Source of the DNA: an uncultured Gammaproteobacteria bacterium
GTDB lineage: Bacteria > Pseudomonadota > Gammaproteobacteria > JACCXJ01
Length of the DNA stretch: 64,000 bases
Reading direction: 5' to 3'
NCBI GenBank assembly: GCA_963764725.1
Contig: CAVXTM010000001.1
Span: forward strand, 288,001 to 352,000
The translations under genes were made by a program, and so were the position numbers. This document shows, in pieces, positions 18,191 to 27,655 of this stretch (position 1 is its first letter; each line of letters starts with the position of its first letter). The notes under the pieces were generated by a model, which made no database searches, was not told where the DNA came from, and worked only from the letters and a program-made list of their open reading frames with translations.

Positions 18191-19442
18191 CTGAGGTATC
18201 CCCTCAAAAATAGTTTTCCAAACAACGAGATAAAGTTGAATTGCTGAGGAACCTGCATGGTGTCTGATGATCTCAAGGAAGTGTTAGGAGCTTACAGGAG
18301 GTCACACCATGCAGGCGCGAGAAGTATTACACAAATTGCTGATTCAAACGTGCGGGGAGATGCACGCTGTGCGACGAGAGGCACTGGAGACGATGGTCTG
18401 GGCGGGTCTGACATGGCAGCGGATGACGGTAACCGGCTTGGGCCGCGCTATTGGGGGTATTGCCCGCGAGAAGCACAACATCAAGCGCGATCGGTTGCTG
18501 TCGAACGGACATCTGCAGTTGGAACGCGAGGCGATGTATGGGGTGTTGGCGCAACGGTTGGTAGGACAGCAGAAACATCCGGTGCTGCTGGTCGATTGGT
18601 CAGATCTGGACGAATGGCGGCGCAATCAGGTGTTACGCGTGTCACTGGCGGTCGAGGGAAGCACTTACAGTGTACGAGGAAGTGCACGGTCGCAAGACGG
18701 CGGTAAAGCCGAAGACCCATGTACAGTTTCTGTGTCGACTGCAAGCAGTGCTGCCGCCCGGGTGTCAACCCATTTTGGTGATAGACGCCGGCTTCAAGAC
18801 GCCCTGGTTTCAGGCGGTGGAGGCGTTGGGATGGTACTGGGTGTCGCGGGTGCGTGACCGGCGCTATGTCAAGCTCGGTAGCGAGAGCGAGTGGATATCG
18901 GTTAACTCGCTGCACCCACAGGCGGCGGTTGGCCCGTAGTCAGGCCTATGTCTGCCAACTGGTGATCTACAAAGGCAAGGCCAAGGGGCGCCATGAAATC
19001 AACCGCTACGGCAAGCGCTCTACCGGCTAGCCGCAAGCTCGCCCATAGAGTGGTACAGATCTATCGCCAACGCATGCAGATCGAAGAGAGCTTCCGCGAT
19101 GCGCCCGGTTTGGTCTGGCGCTCGAGTTTCATCGTAGCCGTGACCCACAGCGGCTGGCGATCCTGCTCATCTTGGCCCTCGCGCTGCTGGTGTTGTGGCT
19201 CATCGGCAGCATCGCCAAGGAACGCGGACTGATGCGTCACTATCAGGCCAATACCGTGCGGCACCGGGAAGTCCTATCCGTGATCTTTCGCGGCATTTGT
19301 ATCATCGAACGGGCACAGGATCACTTCACAGCAGCCGAATTATGCATCGCGTGGCGAAGCGTCCATCGCATTAACGCAACGGCATGCGACTATCAGTCAT
19401 GACAATCACGCTTGACGCGATAATTTCGTGGGGATCTCTCAG
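18191..19442 (+). mobile_element. IS4-family (IS10-like) insertion sequence, inactive
   Basis: Left IR CTGAGGTATCCCCTCAAAAAT from 18191; right IR (reverse complement) CTGAGAGATCCCCACGAAATT ending 19442; 9-bp flanks GGTCAATCC (18182-18190) and CGTCAATCC (19443-19451), 8/9 identical. Confidence 0.92.
18309..19402 (+). pseudogene. IS4-family DDE transposase, frameshifted and internally deleted
   Basis: Fragments in several frames: KHNIKR(-)DRLLSN, LLVDWS, LVIDAGFKTPWF, YRQRMQIEESFRD (YREK), YQANTVRHREVLS. Confidence 0.9.
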
Positions 19443-19540
19443 CGTCAATCCGGAAATCCGATCTCTTAAGACGTGCTAAGGTTAAGAATTTCATCTGTAA
19501 AATTAAAGGAAAGCCATCATTGTGTCGCTTTATTATTTCC

Positions 19541-19563
19541 TGAGAATTTAGGGGATCGTTCAG
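19541..19563 (-). repeat. Orphan IS10-type terminal inverted repeat
   Basis: Reverse complement reads CTGAACGATCCCCTAAATTCTCA, the same CTGA-nn-(G/T)ATCCCC pattern as the two IS ends ~120 bp away. Confidence 0.65.
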
Positions 19564-19769
19564 CAGCGTTTCTGCCCTAACGTGTGACGTGACAATAGCG
19601 GCGCCCGTGCTGCAACGAGTCTGCGGAAAGGTTCGCGAATTCCCGGTGACCCTACACACTTAAGCGACAAATTAGCCGTTTCCTTAGCAATTCAGAAGCT
19701 AACGAACACACAACAGCGCGAGCGGCATAATGCGTTCACCATGCAAAACAACTGATTCAGCATACGGGT

Positions 19770-21488
19770 ATGTCAGCGACTCCGAATAAACCGCTTTTGA
19801 CGGGCCTCGCAAGGACACTCGCGGGAGCGGGTTTGCTAAGCGAAGACCGCACCTACGAAGCTTCACAAGAAGCCGCCAAGAAAAAAGTCCCGTTTGTCAG
19901 TTACTTAGTCGAAAGCAACCTGATCAGCAGCAGGGACATCGCCTGGGTGGCCTCGAAAGAATTCGGGGTGCCGCTCCTCGATATCAATGCCTTCGAGTTC
20001 GATCCTGAAATCACCAAAATGGTCGCGGAGAATCTGATCAAGAAACACCGCGCATTTCCCTTGTTCAGAAGAGGAAATCGCCTGTTTATCGGTGTCTCGG
20101 ATCCAACCAATCTGCAAGCACTGGACGAAATAAAATTCCACGTAGGCGCGAACACCGAAGCCGTTCTCGTCGAAGAGGACAAACTCGCCAAAGCCATCGA
20201 GAAGGCCCTCGATGCCGCGGACACGAGTCTATCTCAGTTAGGCGATGATGACCTCGGAAACCTCGAGGATCTCGAGATAGGTAACGAAGAGAAAACGGAA
20301 CAAAAAGAGGATCCCGACGTTGATGACGCACCCGTGGTTCGCTTTGTCAACAAGGCGCTTCTCGATGCCATCAGAAAAGGCGCTTCGGATCTGCATTTTG
20401 AACCGTATGAGAAATATTATCGCGTGCGTTTCCGAATTGACGGGGAACTTAGCGAGCTTGCACGACCTCCTGTGGCTCTCGCCAACAAGTTCGCTTCGCG
20501 AATTAAAGTCATGTCGCGGCTAAATGTAGCCGAGCGCCGCGTACCGCAAGACGGCCGAATAAAACTTAAGATTTCAAAGAATAAGGCTATCGATTTTCGG
20601 GTGAGCACCTGCCCCACGCTTTACGGTGAGAAGGCGGTGCTTCGTATCCTCGATTCGGACTCGGCTCGCCTTAACATCGATATGCTCGGATACGAAGATT
20701 TCCAGAAGGAAATCTTCTTGAGGAATTTAAAGAAACCTTACGGTATGTTTCTGGTCACCGGCCCAACCGGGAGCGGGAAAACGGTTTCTTTGTACACCGG
20801 GATCAACATTATTAACACCGTGGATGTGAACATCTCCACGGCGGAAGATCCGATAGAAATAAACCTTCCTGGCGTTAATCAGGTGCAAGTCGACGAAAAA
20901 ACAGGCATGACCTTTCCCAAAGCCTTGAAAGCGTTTCTACGCCAAGACCCCGATATCATCTTGGTCGGAGAGATCCGCGATATCGAGACCGGCTCTATCG
21001 CGGTAAAGGCCGCTCAGACCGGTCATATGGTCATGTCTACGCTGCATACCAACGACGCCCCCCAGACGCTCACAAGAATGGCCGATATGGGCATACCCTC
21101 GTTTGCCATCGCCACCACGATCAACATCATTATCGCGCAACGTCTGGCGCGGCGGCTTTGTTCAAGTTGCAAGAAACCGGTCGATATTCCCAAGGATGCG
21201 CTCTGCTCGGAAGGGTTTAGCGAGGAGGATCTGGCTACAAGCTTTACGGTATATCACGCCGTCGGGTGTGACCAGTGCAATAGCGGATACAAAGGTCGCA
21301 CAGGTATCTACCAGGTCATGGAAATCTCCGACGCTATGAAGCGTCTCATCATGGATGGAGCAAATGCGATCGAGTTAGCCGATCAATCGAGAAAAGAAGG
21401 CATACCCGATCTTCGGAAATCCGCATTGAAAAAAATTAAAGACGGCATCACCAGTATCGAAGAGATCAATAGCGTAACAATGGATTAA
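19770..21488 (+). CDS. pilB: Type IV-A pilus assembly ATPase
   Basis: ASDLHFEP, ERRVPQDGR, GPTGSGKT, FLRQDPD, STLHTND, CxxC zinc pairs. Confidence 0.97.
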   Translation: MSATPNKPLLTGLARTLAGAGLLSEDRTYEASQEAAKKKVPFVSYLVESNLISSRDIAWVASKEFGVPLLDINAFEFDPEITKMVAENLIKKHRAFPLFRRGNRLFIGVSDPTNLQALDEIKFHVGANTEAVLVEEDKLAKAIEKALDAADTSLSQLGDDDLGNLEDLEIGNEEKTEQKEDPDVDDAPVVRFVNKALLDAIRKGASDLHFEPYEKYYRVRFRIDGELSELARPPVALANKFASRIKVMSRLNVAERRVPQDGRIKLKISKNKAIDFRVSTCPTLYGEKAVLRILDSDSARLNIDMLGYEDFQKEIFLRNLKKPYGMFLVTGPTGSGKTVSLYTGINIINTVDVNISTAEDPIEINLPGVNQVQVDEKTGMTFPKALKAFLRQDPDIILVGEIRDIETGSIAVKAAQTGHMVMSTLHTNDAPQTLTRMADMGIPSFAIATTINIIIAQRLARRLCSSCKKPVDIPKDALCSEGFSEEDLATSFTVYHAVGCDQCNSGYKGRTGIYQVMEISDAMKRLIMDGANAIELADQSRKEGIPDLRKSALKKIKDGITSIEEINSVTMD

Positions 21489-21500
21489 TGAGGCGAGCTT

Positions 21501-22727
21501 ATGGCAGTAGCAACCCTGAAACAGAGCACCTTTCTTTGGGAAGGCCTCGATAGATACGGCAAGCGCGTCAAGGGTGAGCTTGCGGCCGCCAGCGATGCAT
21601 CGGTAAAAGCCGTGCTCCGCCGGCAGGGCGTCAACCCGCTGAAAGTTACGAAAAAGCGCGCTTCCCTCTTTGGCGGTGGAAAGAAGAAAAAGATCATTCC
21701 CAAGGACATCGCTGTATTTAGCCGCCAGTTAGCCACCATGATGTCATCCGGCGTCCCCCTAGTACAGTCCTTTGAGATCGTGGGGCGCGGTCATGAAAAC
21801 AAGAATATGCAAGATCTCCTGCTCGCCATCAAAGCGGACGTAGAAGCAGGTACGTCACTCGCCGACTCCTTAGGAAAACATCCTTTGCATTTCAACGAGC
21901 TGTACGTGAATCTCGTCGCCGCGGGTGAGGCCTCGGGTATTCTAGAATCGATCCTACATAAGATTGCTACGTATTTGGAAAAAACCGAAGCCCTAAAATC
22001 GAAAATAAAATCGGCAATGTTCTACCCGACCGCCGTGATCGTGGTAGCGTTTATCATCACCGCCATTCTGATGATTTTCGTGATACCGCAATTCCAACAG
22101 CTATTTGAAGGATTCGGCGCCGATCTGCCTCCGCTTACAAAGCTAGTCATCACGATTTCAGAATATTTCCAAGAATACTGGTGGGCGATCTTCGGCAGCA
22201 TCATCGGGACCATTGTAGGCCTCATGCAACTGAAAAAACGTTCTGTTGGATTCGCGCATTTCTTAGACCGGCTGGCGTTAAAGCTTCCGATTGTAGGCAA
22301 AGGTATCCTTGAAAAAGCGTGTATAGCCCGTTTCAATCGTACTCTATCGACGATGTTCGCGGCGGGTACACCCTTGGTGGAAGCGATGACCGCCGTTGCG
22401 GGTGCGTGTGGGAACATCATCTTCCATGATGGGACCATAAGTATGCGCGATGAAATCTCCACAGGCACCCAGCTGAACGTGGCGATGCGCGATTCAAAAC
22501 TCTTCCCCAATATGGTGATTCAGATGGTAGCGATAGGTGAAGAGTCGGGTGCTCTCGATACCATGCTCGGTAAGGTCGCGGACTGGTATGAACAAGAGGT
22601 TGATGATGCAGTGGCGGCGCTAACGAGCTTGCTCGAACCGATCATCATGGCGGTCTTAGGTGTCGTTATCGGTGGCTTGGTGATTGCGATGTATTTACCC
22701 ATATTCAAGATGGGACAGGTGGTATAA
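21501..22727 (+). CDS. pilC: Type IV pilus inner-membrane platform protein
   Basis: FSRQLATMMSSGVPL, AGEASG, IGEESGALD, MYLPIF. Confidence 0.96.
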   Translation: MAVATLKQSTFLWEGLDRYGKRVKGELAAASDASVKAVLRRQGVNPLKVTKKRASLFGGGKKKKIIPKDIAVFSRQLATMMSSGVPLVQSFEIVGRGHENKNMQDLLLAIKADVEAGTSLADSLGKHPLHFNELYVNLVAAGEASGILESILHKIATYLEKTEALKSKIKSAMFYPTAVIVVAFIITAILMIFVIPQFQQLFEGFGADLPPLTKLVITISEYFQEYWWAIFGSIIGTIVGLMQLKKRSVGFAHFLDRLALKLPIVGKGILEKACIARFNRTLSTMFAAGTPLVEAMTAVAGACGNIIFHDGTISMRDEISTGTQLNVAMRDSKLFPNMVIQMVAIGEESGALDTMLGKVADWYEQEVDDAVAALTSLLEPIIMAVLGVVIGGLVIAMYLPIFKMGQVV

Positions 22728-22766
22728 TCTCGCCTGTACGCAGCGCGCGCCGAAAGCGACCGATTC

Positions 22767-23645
22767 GTGTTAGAAACTCTAGCCGTATTCTTCGAGACGA
22801 CCCCGCCCGCGTTTACGACCTTCATGGGCTTGATTGGACTCGCGGCGGGGAGTTTTCTCAACGTAGTGATCCATCGCTTACCACGGATGATGGAGCAAGA
22901 ATGGCGGACTCAGTGCGCGGAATTATCTGGTCAAGCCGACGGCTTTCCGACGTCACGATTATCCCTAGCATCCCCGTGTTCCTCTTGCCCGCAGTGCGGT
23001 CATAAGATCACTGCGTTAGAGAATATCCCTCTCTTGAGCTATTGTTTTTTGAAGGGCCGCTGCGGGGCATGCGCCGAGCCGATATCCTTGCGCTACCCGT
23101 TGGTCGAGCTACTAAGCGGTGTAACGACAGCGGCGATAGCATGGCGCTGGGGTTTTAGTTTGCAAACCCTATTCGCGGCTTTCTTAAGCTGGAGCTTAGT
23201 TGCACTTAGCTTCATTGACATTGATACGAAGTATCTGCCTGATTCGATTACGCTCCCATTTCTTTGGTTCGGGATCGCATGTAATTATTTTGGTGTTTTC
23301 ACCGATCTTGAATCCAGCGTCGGCGGTGCCATGGCAGGCTATTCAAGCCTGTGGATCGTTTATCAATTGTTCAAGCTCACCACCGGTAAGGAAGGGATGG
23401 GCCACGGTGATTTTAAGTTGCTCGCGATGCTCGGCGGCTGGATCGGCTGGCAGGCAATACCGGTTATTATCGTATTGTCATCCTTCGTCGGCGCCGCGAT
23501 CGGCGTCACGCAGATCGCATTTCAAGCAGCGGATCGCGGCACCGCGATACCTTTTGGGCCTTATCTCGCTTGTGCGGGATGGATTTCGCTACTCTGGGGG
23601 AAGGATCTCGTCGCAGCCTACATGCGGTGGATAGGAGTAGCATAG
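22767..23645 (+). CDS. pilD: Prepilin peptidase/N-methyltransferase
   Basis: GSFLNVVIHRLP, CPQC...CGAC, FIDID, GMGHGDFKL, PFGPYL. Confidence 0.97.
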   Translation: MLETLAVFFETTPPAFTTFMGLIGLAAGSFLNVVIHRLPRMMEQEWRTQCAELSGQADGFPTSRLSLASPCSSCPQCGHKITALENIPLLSYCFLKGRCGACAEPISLRYPLVELLSGVTTAAIAWRWGFSLQTLFAAFLSWSLVALSFIDIDTKYLPDSITLPFLWFGIACNYFGVFTDLESSVGGAMAGYSSLWIVYQLFKLTTGKEGMGHGDFKLLAMLGGWIGWQAIPVIIVLSSFVGAAIGVTQIAFQAADRGTAIPFGPYLACAGWISLLWGKDLVAAYMRWIGVA

Positions 23646-24241
23646 CTAAGAGAATTGCACTAACGGGTGGGTTTGGCGCAGGAAAATCCACCGTGTGCGC
23701 CATTTTTGCCGGCCTCGGCGTCCCGGTAATCGACGCCGATCAGATCGCACGCGAATTGGTTACGCCTAGCCAACCTGCCTTAAACCTGATAGTCAAGACG
23801 TTTGGAAACGATGTTCTCGATAGTCATGGTGAGTTAAGGCGCACGGCGTTGCGGAAGATAATTTTTAACGATGCGGCCCGGCGTAAGCAACTTGAAGCGA
23901 TCCTGCACCCACGTATCTTGCAGGAAATGCAGCAACGCGCGCAATCGGTCTGCGCACCCTATTGCATCTGCTGTGTCCCCCTGCTCCTAGAAACAGGGCA
24001 GGCCTCGCGTTTCGACCGCGTTGTGGTCGTCGATACGCCGCTCGATATTCAGTTAGAGCGAGCCATGCAGCGCGATCATTTGACAGCAGAAGAGGCTAAA
24101 GCGATCATTCGGACTCAAGCCTCCCGCGAGGAACGTCTCGAAGCAGCCGACGATGTATTAGCAAATGACGCGGAATTGGCTCATGTACAAAGACAGGTGC
24201 ATGCGTTGCATAAGCGCTATCTAGCTTATAGCAACATTTAA
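23627..24241 (+). CDS. coaE: Dephospho-CoA kinase
   Basis: IALTGGFGAGKS, IDAD, LEAILHP, PLLLE. Start uncertain (GTG 23627 or ATA 23642). Confidence 0.93.
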   Translation: MDRSSIAKRIALTGGFGAGKSTVCAIFAGLGVPVIDADQIARELVTPSQPALNLIVKTFGNDVLDSHGELRRTALRKIIFNDAARRKQLEAILHPRILQEMQQRAQSVCAPYCICCVPLLLETGQASRFDRVVVVDTPLDIQLERAMQRDHLTAEEAKAIIRTQASREERLEAADDVLANDAELAHVQRQVHALHKRYLAYSNI

Positions 24242-24388
24242 TAAAAGCCCTCTAGCTTGGCATGCAGAGCTTCCCATTAGCAACGCGACTTCAATTTAGC
24301 GCTGCGGTATGCTGACGAATCCGGTGCGGCTTTAGTCATGACGGGTGGACCTTCTCGTTTAACGTCCGAGCAGAGAGAATACGTTCCA

Positions 24389-25168
24389 ATGACGGAAGGT
24401 GGCGTAATCATTACCTATGAGCAACCCTTAAATGAACGTGTCCGCGTCTTACTTCGATTAGAACACCTTTTTCTTTTCGTTTCCGAGCGTATAAGCGGTT
24501 TCTCGGAATGGGATAGCCGTGCCGCGTTGGGCGCGTTGATCGACATCACGGATGTTCTCTGGCGGTCTGATATTAAGGGTGAATTGATTAAGGAGCTAGA
24601 ACGCCATTTAGCGACTTTTAGTCGCCTTAGAAGCAATCCTCACGTAGACTGTCATCGCCTCAACGAGACGCTGTTAAGTCACGATAAAACGCTTAGAATC
24701 TTGAAACATCCGGGTTATCAGCCCGGCCACACGCTCCGGCAGGATGAGCTTATTAACGCCGTTAAACAGCGAACTGCAATTCCGGGCGGTACCTGTAATT
24801 TCGATCTACCCGCGTATCACTATTGGCTGAATCGCCCGTCCTCTCATAGGCTTTCCCGCATACATGGCTGGCTAGACGAACTGTCTGTGATCAGAGATGG
24901 GGTTTTCCTTGCGCTCCACGCGATCCGTGACAGCGCTTATACGACAAGAGTTGCCGCCCTAGGGGGTTTCTATCAGCAGTCCTTGGAGCCGACTGCTGCT
25001 CACCAACTGATTAGAGTTCAATTGCCTTCCGTAGCAGAGTTGTTTCCAGAGGTTAGCGCCGGTAAACACCGTTTTACGATACGATTTTTGGAGCAACCTG
25101 AGACCTCTGCGCGCCCTGTTCAAACAGGATGCGATGTCGAGTTTGATCTGCAGTGTTGTATTTTATGA
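24389..25168 (+). CDS. zapD: Cell division protein ZapD
   Basis: YEQPLNERVRVLLRLE, PGGTCNFDLP, PEVSAGKHRFTIRF. Confidence 0.94.
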   Translation: MTEGGVIITYEQPLNERVRVLLRLEHLFLFVSERISGFSEWDSRAALGALIDITDVLWRSDIKGELIKELERHLATFSRLRSNPHVDCHRLNETLLSHDKTLRILKHPGYQPGHTLRQDELINAVKQRTAIPGGTCNFDLPAYHYWLNRPSSHRLSRIHGWLDELSVIRDGVFLALHAIRDSAYTTRVAALGGFYQQSLEPTAAHQLIRVQLPSVAELFPEVSAGKHRFTIRFLEQPETSARPVQTGCDVEFDLQCCIL

Positions 25169-25347
25169 GAACACGCTGCCCCGTGTGCCACAAACCTGTG
25201 GATATCTCCAAAGATAAGCCATGGCGCCCCTTCTGTTGCAAGCGTTGCAGGATAATCGATCTCAGTGAATGGATGGACGAAAAGCACAAGATAGCGGGCG
25301 CCGATCCAGTACCTCTCGGAGACGCCGATGACCTTTTCGAAACTTGA
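25165..25347 (+). CDS. yacG: DNA gyrase inhibitor YacG
   Basis: CPVC...RPFCCKRC..IDL..W; ATGA overlap with zapD. Confidence 0.92.
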   Translation: MRTRCPVCHKPVDISKDKPWRPFCCKRCRIIDLSEWMDEKHKIAGADPVPLGDADDLFET

Positions 25348-25364
25348 GACGTCCTGGCCGCCGA

Positions 25365-26390
25365 TTAATCCGCTGAAGTCTTAACAAAGCGAGGCGTACA
25401 GTAAGACTCCTTTGCTCTCCAGAGACTTCGTATTGCCGCAATCCCTTGGGCGCCGCACCGCCACGCCGTTTCGAGATCGCACGCGCTCAAACCACCCAAG
25501 GCATAAACAGGCTGCCGCGCACCCCTGGCAAGCTTGCTAAACTCTCGCCATCCGAGCACTGGGCTTCCTGGATGCGTACCCGTCCTACGAACTGGGGATA
25601 GCACAATAAAATCGACACCAATCTCATTCGCCCATTCGATCTCAATACGGCTATGACAGGAGGCTGCAATCCAATAGGAGCTGGCAAGAGGGCGCTCCCG
25701 CAACTCACGTAAACGTCGCGCCGAAAGATGTACGCCATGCGCGCCAAGTGACACGGCGGTTTGCGGCCAAGTGTTCAATAACAGCATCGTATCATGTCGT
25801 TTACAAACCTGGAGCGCCTCGCGCGCGAGCCTCGCGAACTGCGATGGCGGCATCTCCTTAGACCGCAACTGGAACATCCGAATACCTGCGGATAAACACT
25901 GATCAAGTTGCCCGAGAAACTGATTGAGATCCCCGCTGGGCTCGGGGTTAATCAAGTATAAAGGAGGCAACCGAAGCGCCGTAATAATCGGCGTATTCGC
26001 CTCGGGAAAGGTTTTCTCATCGAGATCCGCTGTGCCTGACCAAGTAATAGTTTGGCCTTCACGGCCGTGCGCAATTCCACGCCACTGCTCGACCCGCCAG
26101 CAGTCCAGAATAACCTCTCTATCTTGGTAGCTGTGCTGTACCTGGATAAAGGGCCGGTAGGAGATTATTGTTATTCCAAGTTCTTCAAAGAGCTCTCGCT
26201 CCAAAGCTTGGGTTACGCGTTCTCCCGGTTCGACTTTTCCGCCCGGAAATTCCCATAACCCGCCATGAAAAGCCGTAGCTGTTCGCTTCGATACGAGAAC
26301 TTCACCCCGCTCATTTACGATGACGCCTACGGCAATGTGCACCGGTCGTAGGCCATAGGATTTCACCTCACCAAACGGAAGAACGGCCAA
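25365..26390 (-). CDS. Nudix (MutT) hydrolase fused to thiamine-phosphate-synthase-like domain
   Basis: GLWEFPGGKVEPGE...RELFEELG Nudix box; C-terminal QLR, HGVHL, ASCH, SPV, VYALGG. True start probably a few codons downstream. Confidence 0.9.
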   Translation of the reverse strand: MAVLPFGEVKSYGLRPVHIAVGVIVNERGEVLVSKRTATAFHGGLWEFPGGKVEPGERVTQALERELFEELGITIISYRPFIQVQHSYQDREVILDCWRVEQWRGIAHGREGQTITWSGTADLDEKTFPEANTPIITALRLPPLYLINPEPSGDLNQFLGQLDQCLSAGIRMFQLRSKEMPPSQFARLAREALQVCKRHDTMLLLNTWPQTAVSLGAHGVHLSARRLRELRERPLASSYWIAASCHSRIEIEWANEIGVDFIVLSPVRRTGTHPGSPVLGWREFSKLARGARQPVYALGGLSACDLETAWRCGAQGIAAIRSLWRAKESYCTPRFVKTSAD

Positions 26391-26404
26391 GAGCAGAAGA
26401 GTTC

Positions 26405-27631
26405 TTAGGTGCGGTAACTGGCGTTGATTCGAACATAATCGTAGGACAAATCACATGTCCACACCTCGCTATTGGCGCTACCCCTACCCAGCTCGATGCG
26501 AATAGCAAGCTCGGGTTTCGCCATTGCCGCCCGCGCTTGTGCTTCGCTATATCCTAGCGCCCGTGCGCCGGCGGAAACCACCACTACATCGTTAATGCTA
26601 ATGCGCACGCGGCTAACGTCGAGATCCCTGGGCGCCGCGCGGCCGAGCGCGGCGAGGATACGGCCCCAATTCGGATCCGAGGCGAAACACGCAGTCTTAA
26701 CGAGAGGTGAATTGGCTACCTCACGAGCGATAACCGTGCACTCCTCTTCGGACTCGCCGGCGCGCACTGCCACCGAGATAAACTTGGAGGCGCCTTCCCC
26801 GTCGCGCACGACTGAGTGCGCGAGCTTCAAGCTGACATCGAGAATAGCGGCATAGATCATCCGCCCCTCGCCGCTGCCGATATCCTCGATGAGCGGAAGA
26901 GCGGATCGGCCTGAAGCAAAGAGAACACAGGCGTCGTTCGTCGAGGTGTCGCCGTCGACCGTGATCCGGTTGAACGTACGGTCTACGATTCGTTTCAATC
27001 CCTGCTGCAAAGCACTTAGTCCTAGAGCCGCGTCGGTCCCAATAAATGCCAGCATGGTTGCCATCTTCGGCTGTATCATTCCGGCCCCTTTTGCGATCCC
27101 GGTCACTGTGATCAGCCGACCGCCCACCTTGACTCTTGCCGAAGCCGCTTTCGGCACGGTGTCCGTCGTCATGATGGCCCGCGCCGCTGCATCCCATCCG
27201 TCCGCTGCCAAACACCCGACCGCTTCAGGGATCGCGCGCCTGATCTTTTCTACCGGAAACCGCTCACCGATAACACCGGTTGAAAACGGCAACACGGCCT
27301 CGTCCCTGCAAGCCGCGAGACTGGCCAGTTGCTGGCAATTCGTCAGCGCATCGTCTATTCCCTGCGAGCCCGTGCCGGCATTAGCGTTACCTGAGTTAAT
27401 TAACAAATATCTTGGCGGACACTGCGCGATGTGTCTACGTGCGAGGATCACGGGTGCGGCGCAAAAGCGATTCTGTGTGAATACCGCGGCGCTTGCGGTA
27501 CCTTCACACAGTTCGATCACCACCAGATCATCACGGTCTATGTGTTTAATGCGGGCGGAGGCCGTACCGAGGCGGATCCCAGGTACCGCCAGGAGGCTGT
27601 TCATCCGCGCGGAGGAATCGTCATTGACCAC
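26405..27631 (-). CDS. argJ: Bifunctional ornithine acetyltransferase/N-acetylglutamate synthase
   Basis: INSGNANAGTG, IMTTDT, KGAGMIQPKMATML, DTSTND, DGEGA. Confidence 0.96.
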   Translation of the reverse strand: MVNDDSSARMNSLLAVPGIRLGTASARIKHIDRDDLVVIELCEGTASAAVFTQNRFCAAPVILARRHIAQCPPRYLLINSGNANAGTGSQGIDDALTNCQQLASLAACRDEAVLPFSTGVIGERFPVEKIRRAIPEAVGCLAADGWDAAARAIMTTDTVPKAASARVKVGGRLITVTGIAKGAGMIQPKMATMLAFIGTDAALGLSALQQGLKRIVDRTFNRITVDGDTSTNDACVLFASGRSALPLIEDIGSGEGRMIYAAILDVSLKLAHSVVRDGEGASKFISVAVRAGESEEECTVIAREVANSPLVKTACFASDPNWGRILAALGRAAPRDLDVSRVRISINDVVVVSAGARALGYSEAQARAAMAKPELAIRIELGRGSANSEVWTCDLSYDYVRINASYRT

Positions 27632-27655
27632 TGTCCCGCCGGACTTGCCGTACGC

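Noticed and set aside
25365-26390. Nudix-ThiE fusion as a novelty
   Set aside because: A well-known fusion after secA-argJ in many beta/gammaproteobacteria.
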